Below, one piece after another: positions 1 to 12,434 of a stretch of DNA of 64,000 bases. Numbering within the stretch: the first letter of the stretch is position 1; each line of letters begins with the position of its first letter. The stretch spans positions 31,062,001 to 31,126,000 of the forward strand of contig CATNEN010000038.1 in the NCBI GenBank assembly GCA_950097015.1, read 5' to 3'. The position numbers were made by a program, and so were the translations under genes. This DNA is from Macrostomum hystrix. Its lineage: Eukaryota; Animalia; Platyhelminthes. Below the pieces are notes generated by a model, which was not told where the DNA came from, did no database searches, and worked only from the letters and a program-made list of their open reading frames with translations.

Positions 1-1858
1 TCAGATTCTTTGATGTGCCGCAATACCCTTCAGATTGTTTGATGTGCCGTAATACCCCTTCAGATTCTTTGATGTGCCGCAATACCCTTCAGATTGTTTG
101 ATGTGCCGCAATACCCTTCAGATTGTTTGATGTGCCGCAATACCCCTTCAGATTCTTTGATGTGCCGCAATACCCTTCAGATTGTTTGATGTGCCGCAAT
201 ACCCTTCAGATTGTTTGATGTGCCGCAATACCCCTTCAGATTCTTTGATGTGCCGCAATACTCCTTCAGATTCTTTGATGTGCCGCAATACCCTTCAGAT
301 TGTTTGATGTGCCGCAATACCCTTCAGATTCTTTGATGTGCCGCAATACCCTTCAGATTGTTTGATGTGCCGCAATACCCTTCAGATTGTTTGATGTGCC
401 GCAATACACCTTCAGATTGTTTGATGTGCCGCAATACACCTTCAGATTGTTTGATGTGCCGCAATACCCTTCAGATTCTTTGATGTGCCGCAATACACCT
501 TCAGATTCTTTGATGTGCCGCAATACCCCTTCAGATTCTTTGATGTGCCGCAATACCCTTCAGATTGTTTGATGTGCCGCAATACCCTTCAGATTGTTTG
601 ATGTGCCGTAATACCCCTTCAGATTCTTTGATGTGCCGCAATACCCTTCAGATTGTTTGATGTGCCGCAATACCCTTCAGATTGTTTGATGTGCCGCAAT
701 ACCCTTCAGATTGTTTGATGTGCCGCAATACCCCTTCAGATTCTTTGATGTGCCGCAATACCCTTCAGATTCTTTGATGTGCCGCAATACCCTTCAGATT
801 CTTTGATGTGCCGCAATACCCTTCAGATTGTTTGATGTGCCGTAATACCCTTCAGATTGTTTGATGTGCCGCAATACCCTTCAGATTCTTTGATGTGCCG
901 CAATACCCTTCAGATTGTTTGATGTGCCGCAATACCCTTCAGATTGTTTGATGTGCCGCAATACACCTTCAGATTGTTTGATGTGCCGCAATACACCTTC
1001 AGATTGTTTGATGTGCCGCAATACCCTTCAGATTCTTTGATGTGCCGCAATACACCTTCAGATTCTTTGATGTGCCGCAATACCCCTTCAGATTCTTTGA
1101 TGTGCCGCAATACACCTTCGAATCCTTTGATGTGCCGCAATACACCTTCGAATCCTTTGATGTGCCGCAATACACCTTCAGATTGTTTGATGTGCCGCAA
1201 TACCCCTTCAGATTCTTTGATGTGCCGCAATACCCCTTCAGATTCTGTGATGTGCCGCAATACCCCTTCGAATCCTTTGATGTGCCGCAATGCCCTTCAG
1301 ATTGTTTGATGTGCCGCAATACCCTTCAGATTGTTTGATGTGCCGTAATACCCCTTCAGATTCTTTGATGTGCCGCAATACCCTTCAGATTGTTTGATGT
1401 GCCGCAATACCCTTCAGATTGTTTGATGTGCCGTAATACCCCTTCAGATTCTTTGATGTGCCGCAATACCCTTCAGATTGTTTGATGTGCCGCAATACCC
1501 TTCAGATTGTTTGATGTGCCGCAATACCCTTCAGATTCTTTGATGTGCCGCAATACCCCTTCAGATTCTTTGATGTGCCGCAATACCCTTCAGATTCTTT
1601 GATGTGCCGCAATACCCTTCAGATTCTTTGATGTGCCGCAATACCCTTCAGATTGTTTGATGTGCCGTAATACCCTTCAGATTGTTTGATGTGCCGCAAT
1701 ACCCTTCAGATTCTTTGATGTGCCGCAATACCCTTCAGATTGTTTGATGTGCCGCAATACCCTTCAGATTGTTTGATGTGCCGCAATACACCTTCAGATT
1801 GTTTGATGTGCCGCAATACACCTTCAGATTGTTTGATGTGCCGCAATACCCCTTCAGA
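1..1858. repeat. 29/30-bp minisatellite (TTCAGATTG/CTTTGATGTGCCGCAATAC[A/C]CC) in TRAP1 intron 4; runs off the window start
   Basis: About 60 tandem copies visible; lies beyond the GTGAG donor at 1930 on the minus strand. Confidence 0.97.
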
Positions 1859-1930
1859 TCTATTTTTACACTCAATATATGCAGAAATACCTTTAATTTA
1901 TGCCGCAATAGCCCTTCGCCTAAGCCTCAC

Positions 1931-4900
1931 CTGTCGTGCATAGTAGTCCTGAGCAGGTGCCTGACAGCGCCCAGATCTTTAATGCAGGCAACGCAGGGAT
2001 GAGTGGTCAGTCTATTAGTAGGCTTAACCAGTTTTATCCTACCAGCCAGAGCTGTGGTCATAAACGCGGCCAAATCGTTGGCCTCCAATTCGCTCAGACG
2101 ATTTTCGCCATCGGCAGCAGATTCTGTTGACTTTGCTTCGTCAGTCTTCGAACCGGCATCGTCGCCGACATTCCTGGAGGCTTCATTTTCAACGGATTGC
2201 AACTGTTTGCCAGCAAACTGACCGAGCTGCATCAGTACTAGCTCGTCGTAGGGCTCATAGAGGAACAGCACCTCCAGATTCTGATGGCGGACAGCTTCGA
2301 GATAGGGCGATGTTTCAGCCAGCTGTCGACTTGGCGCGCTTAGAAACAGAATCTTTCTAGAGCCGGCGTCCTGCCGGGCGACATACTCGGACAATGACGT
2401 GGCCTTGCCCGGCTCCATTGCCGAGGTTTCAAAGCGCAATAGGTCGGCAATCTTCTCGCGCTCAGCCTGGTCCTGGGTGGTGACAATGCCCTCCTTTAGG
2501 AATAGGCCAAAGTCGCGATGAAAACCGGCGTATCTGAGATTGCGGGATCGGAATTAGGCAAAGAATTAGTACTTAAAGTGTTCTCAAGATGGTACTAACT
2601 CTGGTCTCAACATCGTACTCAAGACTGTTCTTAACATTGTACTCAAGACTGTTATTAATATTGTACTCGAACTGCTCTTAAGTACTCAAACTGTTCTCAA
2701 TACATGACTCAAACTGCTCTCAACATAGTACTTAAAGTGTTCTCAACGTAGGTCTAAACTGTTCTCAACATAGTAATTAAACTGTTCTCAAAGTAATCAA
2801 ACTGTTCTTAACAGAGGACTAAAATTTTTGCAACATAGTAATCAAACTGTTCTTAGCATAGCAGTCACACTGTTCTCAACATAGTAGTCACAATGTTCTC
2901 AACATAGTACTCAAACTGTTCTCAACATAGTACTCAAACTATTCTCAACATAGTACTCAAACTGTTCTCAACATAGTACTCAAACTATTCTCAACATAGT
3001 ACTCAAACTATTCTCAACATAGTACTCAAACTGTTCTCAACATAGTACTCAAACTGTTCTCAACATTAGTACTCAAACTGTACTAAAACGCACTTGAACT
3101 AAGTGGGTTATAAAAATTAATAATCCATCGAGTGCTCACTTGTCTGCATCCTTCTTGGCCTGCTCAGCCAGGTAGCGAATGACTCGCCCAGTCAGAGCCA
3201 GGTTAATCCGCCTAATTAGCCGACTATCCTGAAGCAGTTCGCGGCTGAGATTAAGCGGCACATCCTCGGAGTCCACCACGCCTTTTAGGAAACGAAGCCA
3301 GCGCGGCAGCAGAGGCTGAGCTCGAGGCAGGACAAGCACTCGCTTTGAGTACAGTGCCACGCCAGACTCTGAGTCCCTACTCATCTCCCAGAGGGCCGGC
3401 TTAGACTCCGGCACGTATAGAAGGGCGCGCATGTTCAAAGGAGCATCGGTCTTGTAGGAGAATACGTATCTGCAGTACGGGGGATTTGGTCGATTGATTG
3501 AAAGCAATTAATATGTACTCGAGTACATGTACTTAAATGGCAATTGTTAGGGGTATATTGGCTGCGGTTGGGAATCAGGTGACATAATTTATGACCTATT
3601 TAAGGGATCGAACCGAGGAACTAAAAAAGTTCTCTAAACGTACTTAATATATTACTTTAAACGCGCTCAAAAGAGTACTCTCAATCTACTCAAAAGAGTA
3701 CTCTCAACGTACTCAAAAGAGTACTCTCAACGTACTCAAAAGAGTCCCTCTCAATGTACTCAAAAGAGTCGCTCTCAATGTACTCAAAAGAGTCACTCTC
3801 AATGTACTCAAGAGTACTCTTAATCTACTCAAAAGAGTACTCTCTACGTACTCAAAAGAGTACTCTCGTGAACTCGTAAGAGTACTCTTAAAGAATTAAG
3901 AGATAAGGAAAGCTATACTGAAAACTTCATATGAAAATCTAAAGCAAGTAGAAAATAACAAGTAGACAACTCTAGCTTAACTAGCAACAAAGCACGCACC
4001 TAGGCGCATCGTAAGCTCCAGACACCAGCCGATAAAATTCCTGATGCTCCTCAGGCGTCACCTTGCTGGCTTCCTTGAGCCACAACGGCTCAGCAGGATT
4101 AACTCGGCGACCATTGACGTAGATTGGCGATGCCACAAAGCCGCTATAGCGTTGCACAATCGAGCGCAGTGTCTCGTCTTTGGCGAATTCAACAGCGTCG
4201 GGCTTCAGGTGTAAAACTATCTTAGTGCCAGGTGAGACATTTTCAGCTTCTGATACCTGGATGAGTGGCGTTTGGGGACAATTTGAGCGTTTTTATGACG
4301 GGATTTGAAGGGCGAGTGGCAGAGCGATTTTAACGCGTTTGCCTTTCGCACCAAGGTCCCTGAGCTCGATTCCGCGGTGAGCCACGTAGAGAAGTCTTGG
4401 TTGCTTGTCGTGCAATTTACACCCTTGAGACCCAAGCTCCAAGACACTGCCTAACGATAAAGTGTGAGTGTGTGCTTGCGTACGGTAGCTGTGTGCGTGT
4501 GTGCTCAGGAGTCAGCGAAATGGGCAGAATTTCCTCCTCGCAGACTGCGGCTTATCTATCAAGAAATGATGAGCCATTGCCCACAGCCCTCCTACAAAAA
4601 TTATTATTATTATCGGGAGTGAAAAGTGACTTCAATACCTACGAGTAGAAGCGTTGATTTAAAATTTAATAGCCGACCCAGTTACGCTACGTTTTACAAC
4701 TCAATTTCAAGGGTTGAGAATCCGAAAATTTGATTGGTCACGTGACATTTGTTAAAAAATGTCATTAAGTGACGGCTGTGAATTCATAAATCTTATGAGC
4801 AGAAAGATGACAAATGAAGGATGCAATGTAGCAAATCTGTTGAAGGCCCATCGTCAGGGCTCAGCCATCAAGGGCTGAAATTTCAAAAACAAGTGCTCAA

Positions 4901-5701
4901 GATTTTTAACGGTGATTTGAGCTCATGAATTTAACCTCGGGTACTAACCTCGTAGCTACCCAAACCATCGGAGCTCCACTTGACCGGCTTAGCATCAGTC
5001 TGCCAGCTGCTCTGGCTGTACACATCAATACGATCTGCCACCATAAACGAGGCGTAGAAGCCGACGCCGAATTGGCCAATCACAGACGAGGAAGCCGCTG
5101 ATCCTTGTCCAGTCGATGCATTCTTAACAAATTCTTGACTACCAGACCGGGCGATGGTGCCTAGATTATTAACCGCCTCATCGCGAGTCATGCCAATACC
5201 AGTGTCCTGAATGGTCAAGGTATGTTTCTCTTCATCAGTCTGCAGGTGAATCTCCAGTGGCGCCGTTTCCTGCTGCTGTTTACTATCAGCTGCGGCTGTT
5301 AGCCTGAGGTGACGCAATTTTTCCAACGCGTCGCTAGCGTTGGACACTAACTCGCGAATAAACACATGCCTATCGCTGTACAAAGACTTTGCTACAATGT
5401 CCAATAACTGACGAGTTTCCGCTTGAAACGAGTGCCTTTCCGCTGTGCCCCGACTTCTCTCGGCATTTTTAATGATGCTATGATAGTCTGAATCTGGTTC
5501 AGGAGTTGCAGACGATGTTGAAAATAGTCGCCTGCTGCTAAGACCTGTTGAATGTACTATTAAAGATTGATGGCGAAGAGAATGCAAACTCCTAGATTGG
5601 TTTTGAGTGGAAACCAGCGAGTAACAGTTTGGCGACAGACGGCTAAAGAGGTGTCTAGCAAGCGAAGCATGAGATGCTAAACGCAACAGTGCAGTAGACA
5701 T
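1931..5701 (-). CDS. TRAP1: TRAP1 / mitochondrial HSP75 (HSP90 family), partial; last exon(s) lie beyond the window start
   Basis: Exons 5701-4949, 4256-4000, 3469-3140, 2533-1931 join in frame at GT-AG sites. Arg/Ser-rich N-terminal presequence; HSFQAETRQLLDIVAKSLYS, FIRELVSNASDALEK, IGQFGVGFY, GVVDSEDVPLNLSRELLQ, FLKEGIVT. Confidence 0.95.
2565..3085. repeat. 23-bp minisatellite (CATAGTACTCAAACTGTTCTCAA) in TRAP1 intron 3
   Basis: Homogeneous copies 2890-3070, degenerate copies to the left. Confidence 0.9.
3635..3890. repeat. 23-bp minisatellite (CGTACTCAAAAGAGTACTCTCAA) in TRAP1 intron 2
   Basis: About 10 tandem copies. Confidence 0.88.
4310..4613 (+). mobile_element. tRNA(Glu/Asp)-derived SINE, family A, in TRAP1 intron 1
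   Basis: A-box-like TGGCAGAGCG, B-box-like GCTCGATTCC, (TTA)n tail; homologous to copies at 13663, 41391, 56215, 58238. Confidence 0.8.
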
Positions 5702-6073
5702 TTGGTTTTAATAATTTTTGTTATGTTAGCAGTCAATAAGGCTTTGTGAGATTTTTTCCTGGTTTGAAGGCTTCGGATCAATTTATGCAAGTAAAGGATA
5801 GCTGCAAAATTTGATGTACAAATGTGTATGTTACAGAAATTCTTTTAAATTCTGCTACATATAAACAAATACATTTAAAATACACCAGTAAACAGCAAAT
5901 ATATTTAAACCACTTCTTTTCAATAGCCACTATATTTAAGAAACAAAAGCACACTTGGTTAGTTTTAATCAATTTAAAACATTAAATGCTAAATATATAA
6001 ACTTTTAGGCACTTGCAATTACATGACAATTTATAAAGGCTCTATTTAGCCTGTGAACTAGTAAAGATACCAC

Positions 6074-6354
6074 CATACATGCGCAACACCCGGCCAACCT
6101 GGCCGAACCGGCCGGGTGAAACGAGGGCCAAGCAAGGTAAGTTGCAAAAACCAATTGACCAAGCACAAAAAAATCAAAGGGGGGACCAAGGGACAAAAAA
6201 GGAAGGCGTGAAGAAAAGGAAAAAGGGGAGAGAAAAAGAGAGCAAATGAGAGCAAACCAAGTTGTAAATAGAGCAATGAAACGAACTAAGTTGCAAATGA
6301 GAGCAAAAACTAAGTTGCACGGCTGGCTAAGATTTGGGAGGTTGCGCATGTATG
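6074..6354. mobile_element. Non-autonomous hAT-type MITE
   Basis: 14-bp perfect TIR CATACATGCGCAAC/GTTGCGCATGTATG; perfect 8-bp TSD GATACCAC at 6066-6073 and 6355-6362. Confidence 0.85.
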
Positions 6355-7593
6355 GATACCACACCTATAAAATATAGATTGCAGCTATTGAGTATTTTTA
6401 CCCAGCTAAATATAGCTAAGTTCAGTTGTAGAGTAAGTTCATATTTGCTTGTATTTCAGTATTAAGATATGTATACTGCATTAAATGCAACAAGGTTAAC
6501 AACAAAATATTTCTTGTTAATGAGTAAAGTGATTTGATGAATAGGTAAAGGGCAATAAAGCAACACCATAACAATACCGACTAACAACACAATGTGTAAA
6601 ATAAGACAAAGGCAGTCATTAAATATAGAATTGCCTATGTATTTAAAAAAGTTTGTTAGATGAGTAGGCCTATGTAACATGGCTTATCACTTTATCTTTC
6701 TCTCTATTGGTAGTATATCACTCAGGCCAATCTTATTCTTTTTTCCTTGATTAGTTCTGAATGTATTTCCCCATGCATTTTCAATGGGTGGGCCATTCTA
6801 ACATTTAATACTCTATGATTCTTATCTCTATGGGCTTAACACTCTAATGGTAGCAACTCAAGTGGTCTCTTTCTAATACTCATTGATATCTCACTCTCAG
6901 TCTTCAGGGCTCTCCTGGACTGGAGGGTCACAACCTCAATCTTGAACAGAGAAGAGAACAAATATATTGTAAAACCTTCCCAAGATCAATTTACTATTTC
7001 AACACAACAGTATAGGCCTAACTGAGTTCAGGCTTGTATGCCACACTGGCAAGCTGATTTGTCTCACAGAAATTGTAATCATTTATACATACAAAAAGGT
7101 TTTTTTAAAGTGAATGACTTTGTCAGAATAAATAAAACATTTTACTTTAAATAAAATATTGTTTCACATTTAAATTTAAACAAAGAACATGTGTACAAAT
7201 GACTTCCAAAAGAGTGATAACAGCACCCTTACTACAACCACAAAGCATTTGCTGGTATGGCAGTGGCAATAACTTTATCAGTTTATATGATATTGTGTTC
7301 CTTTGGTTTTTGAGTATGTTCTCTCTGCTCTCCTCATAAAGTTTTTTTAATTGCATAGACCTATATTATAAAATCTCAATTCCAACAATCTTCCAAGCCA
7401 AAAAGAAGCCTTTGACTTTGACTATAACTTTTAATATATATTTATCAGTGCCTTTTCTGTGGTAAGGATGCATATATTTGCTTTTACCATAGAGCCAAAA
7501 ATTTTGATAAAACAGCAGAATTGAGGTTTCTCAGAGGATGTCTAGGTTAGCTTAGGTTACTAAAAAATGTTGTATATAATTAGCTTTCTGAAG

Positions 7594-7769
7594 CAGGGGC
7601 GTAGCCAGGATTTTTTGGGATATTGGTTTTGGTTCTATCCAGCATAGGCCTATCCAGAATAAAAAACAATTAATTCCTTTTTTTCAAAGAAACAGAATGC
7701 AAAAAAATTTGAGACATCAAATTTTGGGGGTATCTGCCGATACACTGATACCCCCTCGCTACGCCACTG
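7594..7769. mobile_element. Non-autonomous hAT-type MITE (176 bp)
   Basis: TIR CAGGGGCGTAGC/GCTACGCCACTG (1 mismatch); perfect 8-bp TSD TTCTGAAG at 7586-7593 and 7770-7777. Confidence 0.85.
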
Positions 7770-9059
7770 TTCTGAAGTAAATAATTAATGAATTGAACAA
7801 GCTCTATGTTATAGCATTCTTATGCCCAAGCCCAAATAGCAAAGTGTAATGAGTATTTATGCTTGTTCAAAAAGTTGGCTATATAAAACAATAAACTAGC
7901 ATTAAATAAGCCATTTCCCATTATAGCCACAGGCCCTTTTATATTCTAGATTCTAGAATCTAGCTTTTTGTCTGGTCCAGAATCAAGCTATTAAGCTAAT
8001 GAATGGCAATGCCTGAGTACAGAGTAGCTAACTCCTTATTCTATTTTAGAGCCTAGCCTGTCAAGAATTTTAGTATATTCTAGCCTGCCTAGTTCTGACC
8101 AAAACTATAAATCATATGACATAAAATACATTTCCATTGATACAAATTACATTGCCGCTTGCTAATGTCTTACAATTGAACGATAAAAAAACATGTCGCG
8201 CGAGCACGCGAGATGAAAATTCAGGATTTAAATTTACGCCAGTTTTTATCTTTAGTTTGATCGTTATTTGAAGCCGAACCTAAATAGCTCGTATTAGAAC
8301 TGATATGAACAGTGATGGGAAACATTTTAACGGGTCTAATGAGAAATACAGCGATTGGGAGTATGAATTGAAATCTCTGAGTCTGAAGGAAATTACTTTT
8401 TTGATCGATTCCTCGTGCGCGACAATTCTGCCCGTGCAGCTGCAACTGCATGCACCTGCACTTGCAAGTGCTTCAGTCGTCCTTGTCTGCAATATCCAGA
8501 CAAGGACGACTGAAGTATCGTTTATAGTTTACTTATTGTCTACTTAAGTAGTCCTTGTATCCATGGATTGAACTTAATTCATGATTCCTTGAAACGCAAA
8601 TTGCTTATGACCTTTAGGCAATTAGCAGTACAAGTGGTCGACATATTGTAATTAGGAAGCCTGAATAATAATCATATCCTGAATAATTGAGTTTAAATAT
8701 ACAGTGCAGACGCATTGATGTCCTTAGATTAAGTTTGTTTCTTGTCTGCTGGATAAAAATTGCAATGAAAGAACATCGAAACGATAAAGCTTTTTTATTA
8801 TTAGAACAGTTTCGCATTTGCCGTTGAAAAAAACATACTTACAGAAAAAGGAAGAGAAAAAATCGAAAAATCCAAATTTTTACAAAAAATATAGCTCTAA
8901 ACGGGTATAGCGCAACAATTATCCGCTTAAATTTGTTAGTTGAGCCACCAAAAGATGAAACACAGTTATAGAAGCTTGAACCCAAATCTAGGCTTAAAAG
9001 ACACGCATGAGGCACAAATTCGTGTGAGACACAACAGCCGCTAGCCATGGGACCATGGG

Positions 9060-9250
9060 AGAGACACAACAGACACAAGCCACGTGAGAGACTCAACCGG
9101 CCGACACAAGCCACGTGAGAGACTCAACCGACACAAGCCACGTGAGAGACTCAACCGACACAAGCCACGTGAGAGACTCAACCGACACAAGCCACGTGAG
9201 AGACTCAACCGACACAAGCCACGTGAGAGACACAACCGACACAAGCCACG
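9060..9250. repeat. 27-bp minisatellite (GACACAAGCCACGTGAGAGACTCAACC)
   Basis: About 6 tandem copies. Confidence 0.9.
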
Positions 9251-9274
9251 TTTTTTCGCCCCATGGGGAAAGAC

Positions 9275-9575
9275 TACGCTGTGGTGTTTGAAATACCCAC
9301 TCCCGACTTTACAATAGCTCCCTAACCGAATGACCGATATTCATGAAAGTACGCCATATGTATCAAATTTTTCCGCTCTTTACAATACTTTTAATGCCGT
9401 TCGAGTCAGCACCGTCGAGATATTCAGCGATTCTTGTCGGAAGACCCTGGTGACAAGGATAACTATGCATTGCTTTGTACAAAGCTCTTCTGCGCCAAAC
9501 CTATGAATTTTAATTGGTTCGATAATTTTAGGGGATACACAGAAAACTGTGTGGGTTGTTTCAAATTTACCCCAG
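9275..9575. mobile_element. Degenerate MITE related to the element at 58003-58730
   Basis: 9310-9460 is the reverse complement of 58545-58700 (TTTTCCGCTCTTT..ACAAT, TCAGCACCGTCGAG.TATTCAGC); degenerate terminal IRs. Confidence 0.5.
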
Positions 9576-9709
9576 TTGTTTTTCTACTGTTCAAGCTACG
9601 AGCTATATAGTCGCAAATCAAACTGTTACCTACAATATTCAAGAATATTGTTTACAATAATAGTTTCGGCCTTTCATCTTCACCATCCGTGGCGTCACTG
9701 AAGCGCGGC

Positions 9710-11266
9710 TTAACCCGACCTTCGGCGAAAGCTGCAGCCATAGTTGACGACACGGCAGGCTATTGTGAGTAGCAGAGCTAATAGACTGCAGCTGGCTACA
9801 GACAGGTAGACAAAGCCAGGTAGCCAGGACTGGGTGGCGCTGTACAGCAGCGTGAATGACGTCAATCCAATCAGACCGCCGGACACTTCCAGAAAGGCAA
9901 CGCAGCTGAACAAGGCGCCCTGACGATTCGGTGGAGAAACTTGCGAGGCGAACGCTCTCAGCATTGGCATCGGCAGCATTGAGAACAGGCCCAGGACTGA
10001 GGCGACTAGCAAAGTCGGCGTGTTCGGAGCGACTCCGGTGGCGAGGAAGCCGACGATAGCCGACGCCAAGCCGATGATGCTCAGGCCGAGGGGCTTCACG
10101 CCGAAGCAGTGTCGAAAAACCAGCAGGCCAATCAGGACGCCGAGCTGAAGGCAGACGATCTTCAGAGCGTTCATGTAGCCGATAAACACGGAGTCCAGGC
10201 AGAATGGATAGTTCATCATGTACAGGCCGCTAACATTTGTTACGCCAATGAAGCTGCAGCTGTAGATGCAGACAGCAGCCAGCAGGAGGCCGAGGGTTAC
10301 TGACAGGCGCGCGCTGACGTGAAACAAGCCGGCGATGTTGATGTACGGAGAGGCCAGAGAATAGCAGAAAGCATTGCTACCTGACATTTCCGGCAGCTTC
10401 CGCTGCAATCCGGGCGGTCGGACCTCTGGTACAAGAAGCACAACGTACACCAGGTTACCAAAGGTTAGCACTGTGCTGAACACCATTGGAGCCACATAGC
10501 CTGATAGACGCATCCACCAGCCAATCAACAGCTCCATGATAACGCCAGCCAAACCGAAGGTGCCCTCCACAATGGCAACGCGCATAGGCCTCTCCTTTCT
10601 GCTAGTGGTGTCGGCCAGGTAAGCGAACATCGCCGCGAAGAGGGCACCGAAGCCACCGCCGAGAGCGCCGAGAGCGCCGGAGATCACTAGGAAATAGAGC
10701 GGCAGGTTGAACAGCAGCACCAGAAGCAGGCCAATGGAGTCCACTGCCAAACCGGCGCATGGCAACAAGAGCGCGAGTCGACGTCCGAGATAGTCCGACG
10801 CCGAGGAGTAGAGCGGCAGTACCAGCAAAGCCACAATGCCGGCTGTGACATTGCGGTAAAGAGTCCACTGGCTAGCGTCGTTCTGGATGCGGCTGGTCAG
10901 TTGGTGCTCACTGGAGTTCGCCAGAGAGTGCCGGTCGCACACAAAGGCGCGAGTTGAGTTGACAGTCTCATTGTACTGCTGGCCAACTCGGTAGTACAGG
11001 TATTGAGTCATAACCGACAACTGGCTAAGCATCGCTGCGGCGAACATCAGACCAATAGGTTCGATGATCCACTTACGCGATGGTTGGACAACATCATCGT
11101 CAAGACGCTGCAGAGAGTCATCAGCGTCCGGATCGGTAGGGATAGCGTCGGCTGCATCGACATCACTGCCAGGCGCCGTGGAGCAGGAAGTTGAGTAGAT
11201 AACTGCGGTGCGCTCCTGCAACAGAGGATCAGCCTCGGTAGGGATTCTATCCCGCCGATTGAGCAT
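9710..11266 (-). CDS. SLC46 family (proton-coupled folate transporter/HCP1-like) MFS transporter, single exon, 518 aa
   Basis: About 12 hydrophobic segments; IIEP before TM1, N-glycosylated first loop, SDYLGRR motif A, FAYLADTT..ERPMR, YPFCLDSVFIGY; paralogue (A1 vs A3) not resolvable by eye. Confidence 0.88.
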   Translation of the reverse strand: MLNRRDRIPTEADPLLQERTAVIYSTSCSTAPGSDVDAADAIPTDPDADDSLQRLDDDVVQPSRKWIIEPIGLMFAAAMLSQLSVMTQYLYYRVGQQYNETVNSTRAFVCDRHSLANSSEHQLTSRIQNDASQWTLYRNVTAGIVALLVLPLYSSASDYLGRRLALLLPCAGLAVDSIGLLLVLLFNLPLYFLVISGALGALGGGFGALFAAMFAYLADTTSRKERPMRVAIVEGTFGLAGVIMELLIGWWMRLSGYVAPMVFSTVLTFGNLVYVVLLVPEVRPPGLQRKLPEMSGSNAFCYSLASPYINIAGLFHVSARLSVTLGLLLAAVCIYSCSFIGVTNVSGLYMMNYPFCLDSVFIGYMNALKIVCLQLGVLIGLLVFRHCFGVKPLGLSIIGLASAIVGFLATGVAPNTPTLLVASVLGLFSMLPMPMLRAFASQVSPPNRQGALFSCVAFLEVSGGLIGLTSFTLLYSATQSWLPGFVYLSVASCSLLALLLTIACRVVNYGCSFRRRSG

Positions 11267-12434
11267 TGAGCTGCGTCTGAGAATTTCAGCAACAAGGAAC
11301 TATCTTTTTTTACTTCTTGAGTGTCTTAATTAGCTTCGTCAAAAGATTTGAAACAGCGGAGACTTCACCAAAACTTGGCAAAGGTTCTTAGACGCAGGGC
11401 TGCAAGGTAGCTGGCGAGGTGCACCTTTGATTACAGTCTGATTTGCAAAACAAAGAAATGTTGGAATTTTTTAGGTATTGTAACTCCCTATTAGAAGCAA
11501 GCAAGTAGCTACAGGTGAAAGCTGTTCTTTTCCATTATGGCTACAATTTTCTCTGCCTTTATATAATATACCGCCCTTGACCACAGATGTACGATGGGGT
11601 AAGACCTCTGCTGTGCTAACAACTCACAGACCCTTCTGCCTTTACTTTAGGCGATGATGAACAATAGTGTGTGGTCTTGCGCGCATTATACAGTTATCCA
11701 ATGCGAGACCTTAATTAAAATTTCACAAAATATCAAGCCGTGTATCTACATATCAGGTACACCCAAGCAATCTCGTCACCTCTATTGCTTCTTGCTTACT
11801 GTCATATCAAGTCTATTTATAATGTATAACAAATAATGGTATATTAGTTGGATCTACTAAAGAAAATATAATACTATTGAATACGTTTATGTGACGTTAT
11901 GAATGCTGCTACGAATTCTCACTGTACATACCAAAGTTGACTAAAGTACATATGTACGTTTTGCTTGGATATTTTCAGCACATTAGAGCGATTATCATGT
12001 GCGGATAGTGAAAGTTTGTAATACTATAATACATTATTAGTGAGTTCAAAGACTTTTTCTTCAGTAAATAAGGCATAAAATATAGCTTTTAAGTCCCAAA
12101 AGAAATATTCGCTATTGTTCAATAATATCATGTTAGTTAAAAACCCATTAGATCTCTAACTTTTACCTCTATTAGTAATTTTAATTATTTTTAATTTTCT
12201 TATGTGTCTAGAATTTTTTATTCGGAAAGCTAAATTCTCGAATGAAATTGAGTGGAGAAATATTTGATTACACCTGACCCAACGGCACACAGCACAACGG
12301 GCAGCTATTGCGCGGCGTATCTGAAGGCTGTTCAGTCCATGGACTGGGGACGTTACACACGTCACACTCAATTGCCCCAACTAATGCGGGTATAGGGCTT
12401 CAAGTTTTGGGTCTCTGTTCTGGTATTTCCTATA

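Noticed and set aside
1-1858. CRISPR-like regular 29-30-bp repeats (also the other arrays)
   Set aside because: Head-to-tail units without unique spacers, no cas genes, eukaryotic intron context
4310-4385. tRNA genes at SINE heads and isolated B boxes (~3610, ~52295, ~63330)
   Set aside because: No complete cloverleaf; the anticodon position varies among copies (TTC/CTC/GTC)
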